A stretch of DNA of 59,325 bases from Octopus bimaculoides. Lineage: Eukaryota. Position 1 is the first letter of the stretch, and each line of letters starts with the position of its first letter. The notes under the pieces are model-generated. The model was given only the letters and a program-made list of their open reading frames with translations, did not search any database and was not told the DNA's origin. The stretch lies in NCBI RefSeq assembly GCF_001194135.2, contig NC_068988.1, positions 68,584,526 to 68,643,850 on the forward strand, read 5' to 3'. The position numbers and the translations under genes are program-made. This document shows, piece after piece, positions 54,481 to 59,325 of the stretch.

Positions 54481-55234
54481 GATATATGATGGCATTTCCA
54501 GAGGCCAAAGTATATCGCTTGCAGACTGCGTAACACAAATGAGTTAGCATTTTAACATTATTATGCAAAACTGTCATATACGTATGCAAATAGCCATACG
54601 CACGTATGTGAATTTCATATAGCTGATATATGTGTTTGTTTACGTAAATATGCAAATGCGTGTATGTGCATGTATGCAGGAATGTGTGTGGATGTATGCT
54701 TGTGAATGCATTTATAAATCTTCCATCTTACCATCTGTAGACCACTTCTTTATTATCCCTTTTTCTTGCTCTCGTTCATTTACATACTTGCATATGCACA
54801 TGTGCACACATGCACATGTATATATNNNNNNNNNNTTTTTAAAATTTAACCCTTTCTATTTCCCTCTCTTCTTCTCTCTCTACTTTACAAACACACACAT
54901 AAGCACGCGCGCAAATAATACTGTTTCTCTTATTGCAGTCATTTGAATGCAGTCATGTTGAAACCCTATCATAAAGGTGTAGGCTAATAGCTCTTCCAAA
55001 GTATTTGAGTCTGCTACAAATTTTATTGAATATTTTGCACAACTGCTATGTCAAACGGACGTAAACAAAACAACATTTGTTATCAAGCGTTGGGTGCGTG
55101 TCGCATACAAAACCAGACCAGGATATACACGCATATACAAATATGCATGCATTGAATGTGCGTGTGTGTTTGTGCGTGTGTGTGTGCGTGTGTGTGTGTG
55201 TGTGTGTGTCTGTATGAGTGTGTGCGTTTGAATT

Positions 55235-55500
55235 TGCATAGCCTAGTGTTTGGGGTGTTACACTCACGATCGTTAAATTGTGGTTTCGATTTCTGGGCCG
55301 AGCAGTGCGTTGTGTTTTTGAGAAAAATACTTCATTATTCCACGTTGCCGAGCTATCATTTAAACATCTGACATGTAACAGACTTTTTTTTTTTTTACAG
55401 ATGTACGGGCAATGTCGATTTGATCTAAACAAATCATCTGTGTGATTGCTCAGCAATAAATTGCGGAACCGTTACTAGTCGTCTAACGAGAAGAGAATCA
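55235..55500 (+). mobile_element. tRNA-derived SINE (family C)
   Basis: GCCTAGTGTTTGGG A-box-like and GGTTTCGATTTC B-box-like motifs, then GCGTTGTGTTTTTGAGAAAAATACTT. Confidence 0.55.
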
Positions 55501-56332
55501 ACTATNNNNNNNNNNNNNNNNNNNNNNNNNNNNNNNNNNNNNNNNNNNNNNNNNNNNNNNNNNNNNNNNNNNNNNNNNNNNNNNNNNNNNNNNNNNNNNN
55601 NNNNNNNNNNNNNNNNNNNNNNNNNNNNNNNNNNNNNNNNNNNNNNNNNNNNNNNNNNNNNNNNNNNNNNNNNNNNNNNNNNNNNNNNNNNNNNNNNNNN
55701 NNNNNNNNNNNNNNNNNNNNNNNNNNNNNNNNNNNNNNNNNNNNNNNNNNNNNNNNNNNNNNNNNNNNNNNNNNNNNNNNNNNNNNNNNNNNNNNNNNNN
55801 NNNNNNNNNNNNNNNNNNNNNNNNNNNNNNNNNNNNNNNNNNNNNNNNNNNNNNNNNNNNNNNNNNNNNNNNNNNNNNNNNNNNNNNNNNNNNNNNNNNN
55901 NNNNNNNNNNNNNNNNNNNNNNNNNNNNNNNNNNNNNNNNNNNNNNNNNNNNNNNNNNNNNNNNNNNNNNNNNNNNNNNNNNNNNNNNNNNNNNNNNNNN
56001 NNNNNNNNNNNNNNNNNNNNNNNNNNNNNNNNNNNNNNNNNNNNNNNNNNNNNNNNNNNNNNNNNNNNNNNNNNNNNNNNNNNNNNNNNNNNNNNNNNNN
56101 NNNNNNNNNNNNNNNNNNNNNNNNNNNNNNNNNNNNNNNNNNNNNNNNNNNNNNNNNNNNNNNNNNNNNNNNNNNNNNNNNNNNNNNNNNNNNNNNNNNN
56201 NNNNNNNNNNNNNNNNNNCTTATATGTTTAGTAATCTGAATCAGCAGAATTGGCAGGAGAAAGGTGTCGCCTAAAACCATTCACATGGCCCTTTGACAAG
56301 AAAAGAAGGTTTGAGAGAAGGATCTTTAGAGA

Positions 56333-56773
56333 CATAGGTGTGGCTGTGTGGTATGAAGCCTGCTTTCCAACCACATGGTTCCGGGTTTAGTCCCACTGCG
56401 TGGCACCTTGGGCAGCCGTCTCTTCCTATAGCCTCGAAAGGACCAAAGCCTTGTGAATGGATGTGGTAGGCTGAGACTGAAAGAAGCCTGTTGCATATAT
56501 ATGTGTGTGTATGTGTACGTGTGTGCGTGTGCGTGTATGTCCCCACACTACTGCTTAACCATCATCCCTGGTTTGTTTACGTCCCCGTAACTTAGTGGGT
56601 CGGCAAAAAAGACAGATAGAACAATTACAAGGCTTTTTAAAAAGTACTGTGGAAGAAAAGCTATCAGGATTAATAAAAAAATAAGTACTGAGGTTAATTC
56701 ATTCAACTAAAAGCTCTTCTAGGCGGTGTCCCAGCATGGCCGCAGTCTAATGATTGAAACATATAAAAGATAA
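56333..56773 (+). mobile_element. SINE family A, full length
   Basis: GTGGCTGTGTGGT..GGTTTAGTCCCACTGCGTGGCACCTTGGGC..(GT)n..CAGCATGGCCGCAGTCTAATGATTGAAAC. Confidence 0.85.
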
Positions 56774-57990
56774 CAGATCGACTAAATGATGTGTCACATC
56801 AGGACTGTCAAGGACAGATCGATTTTAATATTCGTATCTACATGTGAGTATATGTATACATGTATATGTATGCATGTATACATGTATGATTGTATGAATA
56901 AACATAATTTTGTGTTTAGAGAGTATCTACGAGAGTTTACATGTATGCGTCTGCACAGGCACATGCAGAATGAACATCCAATTATTAATTATACATTGCA
57001 TAAAAGTATAATTTTAGAACATTGCTTCAATAGCAACGCCGTTTCATGACTTCGATTATATGGAATTTATTGCGTTTATAATAATATTACCATGAAAACC
57101 AGCAATGAATACAAGCGCATGAGCTTCAAGCAGTCGTTTTCTTACATGTCATGTACAAAGGTTTTTACTCGAAGGTATATAACGATCAGCATCTCCTTCA
57201 AACTTTCATATCATATTTCAAAAAATATTCAGAGCGGGATCACTCAGAAGAAAACCTGCTTCGATTCATCAGCTGATGATCGGAAATGAGGAACTCGGTC
57301 CCGTTCAGTTATAGTGAATTAAATAATATTCTGCATTTGTATTGAGTCCTGATCGCTTCTGGTAAATCAAGAATATATATATATATATATATATATTGTT
57401 GTACTTGGGGATGGTCATATTGCCAGTTTAGCCAATATATATATATATATATATANNNNNNNNNNNNNNNNNNNNNNNNNNNNNNNNNNNNNNNNNNNNN
57501 NNNNNNNNNNNNNNNNNNNNNNNNNNNNNNNNNNNNNNNNNNNNNNNNNNNNNNNNNNNNNNNNNNNNNNNNNNNNNNNNNNNNNNNNNNNNNNNNNNNN
57601 NNNNNNNNNNNNNNNNNNNNNNNNNNNNNNNNNNNNNNNNNNNNNNNNNNNNNNNNNNNNNNNNNNNNNNNNNNNNNNNNNNNNNNNNNNNNNNNNNNNN
57701 NNNNNNNNNNNNNNNNNNNNNNNNNNNNNNNNNNNNNNNNNNNNNNNNNNNNNNNNNNNNNNNNNNNNNNNNNNNNNNNNNNNNNNNNNNNNNNNNNNNN
57801 NNNNNNNNNNNNNNNNNNNNNNNNNNNNNNNNNNNNNNNNNNNNNNNNNNNNNNNNNNNNNNNNNNNNNNNNNNNNNNNNNNNNNNNNNNNNNNNNNNNN
57901 NNNNNNNNNNNNNNNNNNNNNNNNNNNNNNNNNNNNNNNNNNNNNNNNNNNNNNNNNNNNNNNNNNNNNNNNNNNNNNNNNNNTGCCCAC

Positions 57991-58074
57991 GGGCATATGA
58001 CATAGTGGTAAAGAGCGTGGGCTACTAACCCCAAAATTCCGAGTTCGATTCCAAGCAGTGACCTGAACAACAAC

Positions 58075-58112
<38 letters not shown>

Positions 58113-58293
58113 CAACAACATCGAAAAATACCTTAGGAATGAGAACCCAGGGGTTCGAAATTTCCCCAAGACACCTGATGAAGACTCGAAGATATATCAG
58201 CCGAAACGGTGTGTTAACAAACAAGATGAGGACAAATATTCGTCGAATGTAAATGATGTACATAATTCCTCATCTCTTAAATATAGAACTGTA
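57991..58293 (+). mobile_element. tRNA-headed SINE-like element with (AAT)n linker and minimal hammerhead tail
   Basis: tRNA-like head 57991-58063 (A box 57998-58008, B box GAGTTCGATTCC 58041-58052), (AAT/AAC)n 58066-58118, tail homologous to 29826-30013 and to the reverse complement of 28814-28970. Confidence 0.75.
58170..58215 (+). ncRNA. Degenerate minimal type I hammerhead
   Basis: GACAC-CUGAUGA-A-GACUC..CAGCC-GAAA-CGGU-GUGUU; stem II and helix III are damaged. Confidence 0.55.
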
Positions 58294-58323
58294 TAGTAGA
58301 AATATGTATTATTATTATTATTG

Positions 58324-58410
58324 TTCAGTAGTTTTATTTTTATAACGTGCTTTCACTTCACTACCGAGCGCAGCTCTGTGTGCCTTGGGTATGTGCTGTG
58401 GTTTGCTGTG
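58324..58410 (-). mobile_element. Severely 5'-truncated R4/Dong-like 3'UTR within an (ATT)n tract
   Basis: About 86 nt, with one visible mismatch to window positions 90-175. Confidence 0.85.
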
Positions 58411-58461
<51 letters not shown>

Positions 58462-58474
58462 ACTATAATTATTA

Positions 58475-58839
58475 GGATGTGGTCATGGCTAACCCATAGT
58501 TAAACCCTCCTCTTTTCAATATATATCAGTGTCCATACTGAAGTAGGTAGTTTCTACACAGAAGGTCAACATTTTCATCAAGTTTCTTATAGGTATACTA
58601 GTGCGCTCTTTTAGATGGGTGTCTGTCACTAGTTTTTCTTGTATCACCGATAGTGCTTCACCAGTTGGGACTTTGGTGAACAGACTTATCACATCTTGAC
58701 TCACCATCTGGTTGGATTCAATGGGGGTATCATTGATCAATTCTGTGAAGTGGGTGGAATTCTCACGTACGATGTTGACTTTCCTGCTATGGGTTCGCCA
58801 TTATTACCGGTAATAACCAATATATACATGGAATACTTT
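58475..58839. pseudogene. Penelope-like (PLE) reverse-transcriptase fragment with internal inversion
   Basis: Minus 58784-58481 reads GKSTSYV/NSTHFTELIND..MVSQDVISLFTKVP..RTSIP..FCVETTYF..EGLTMG*P. Plus 58786-58839 reads AMGSPLLPVITNIYMEYF. Confidence 0.85.
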
Positions 58840-58847
58840 AATAATAA

Positions 58848-58977
58848 TTGCTTGGAGCTACAAGAATTCTTCGTAAGGTTCTTGAAGCAGGACCAGTAAA
58901 CAAGTGTTACTTTAGTCTACTGGATGTGGACAGCTGACGCTTTCCATCATACCCATCAAAATAAGCTAGAGATTTTC

Positions 58978-59013
<36 letters not shown>
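58848..59013 (+). mobile_element. 5'-truncated R4/Dong-like 3' end, second subfamily, with (TAA)n tail
   Basis: LLGATRILRKVLE.. followed by a 3'UTR unlike that at 78-175; (TAA)3 precedes and a long (TAA)n follows. Confidence 0.7.
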
Positions 59014-59016
<3 letters not shown>

Positions 59017-59021
59017 TTTAA

Positions 59022-59325
59022 AAAAAGAGAAAAGATTTATCGATTCTCAACGAAATTAGTAAACAATCAACACTACTAAGTAACAAGAAGAAAACAAAAA
59101 TACTGTACAAATACAGCATTACAGAAAAAGATTTACCTGAGGCAAAAGAAAAACTAAAGCAAGACATCCTTGCCAAAGCACAAAGGATCCGCCGGTATGA
59201 GAAACGCCAACGTTTCTTTGAACAAAACAAACAGTTCAAATCCAACCCCAAAAAACTCTACCAAGAACTGGGTAAAAATAAAATAGACATTACTTCAGCA
59301 CCAACAGCAGAAGAACTAGAGAAAT
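59022..59325 (+). CDS. R4/Dong-like ORF fragment (pre-RT region), 5'-truncated, runs off the window
   Basis: Open frame RKDLSILNEISK..EKLKQDILAKAQRIRRYEKRQRFFEQNKQFKSNPKKLYQELG..PTAEELEK, starting right after (TAA)n. Confidence 0.75.

Noticed and set aside
57266-57279. 14-bp palindrome TCATCAGCTGATGA giving CUGAUGA on both strands
   Set aside because: Neither strand completes a hammerhead fold.
57991-58063. Functional tRNA gene (anticodon ACT)
   Set aside because: The acceptor stem does not pair well, the A box is mutated, ACT is an atypical eukaryotic anticodon, and no terminator follows; it is a SINE head.
1718-58263. Long ORFs of the track containing X runs or poly-HT/CV/YI/R/S/I tracts
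   Set aside because: They are translations of N gaps and microsatellites, not genes.

Overview
AT-rich eukaryotic DNA with many N gaps and a heavy load of microsatellites and transposons. The repeat families and gapped assembly suggest a cephalopod, probably Octopus (inference). No host protein-coding exon could be supported; most long ORFs in the track are microsatellite or N-gap artefacts. Recognisable coding remnants are all mobile elements: R4/Dong-like REL non-LTR retrotransposons at (TAA)n tracts, three RTE-like LINEs, a Penelope-like (PLE) RT fragment, Helitrons, and mariner and maT-like transposons. Many tRNA-derived SINEs are also present. The main finding is an unannotated, ancient array of about 11 units of roughly 320 bp at 47.4-50.75 kb. 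Each unit carries a degenerate type I hammerhead ribozyme, and the consensus of the copies is canonical, so this looks like a retrozyme-like array; three copies face left and eight face right. A second family is a tRNA-headed, (AAT)n-linked, minimal-hammerhead SINE-like element (57991-58293, with headless copies at 28.8 and 29.9 kb). Its AAT linker is used as a target by Dong-like elements.
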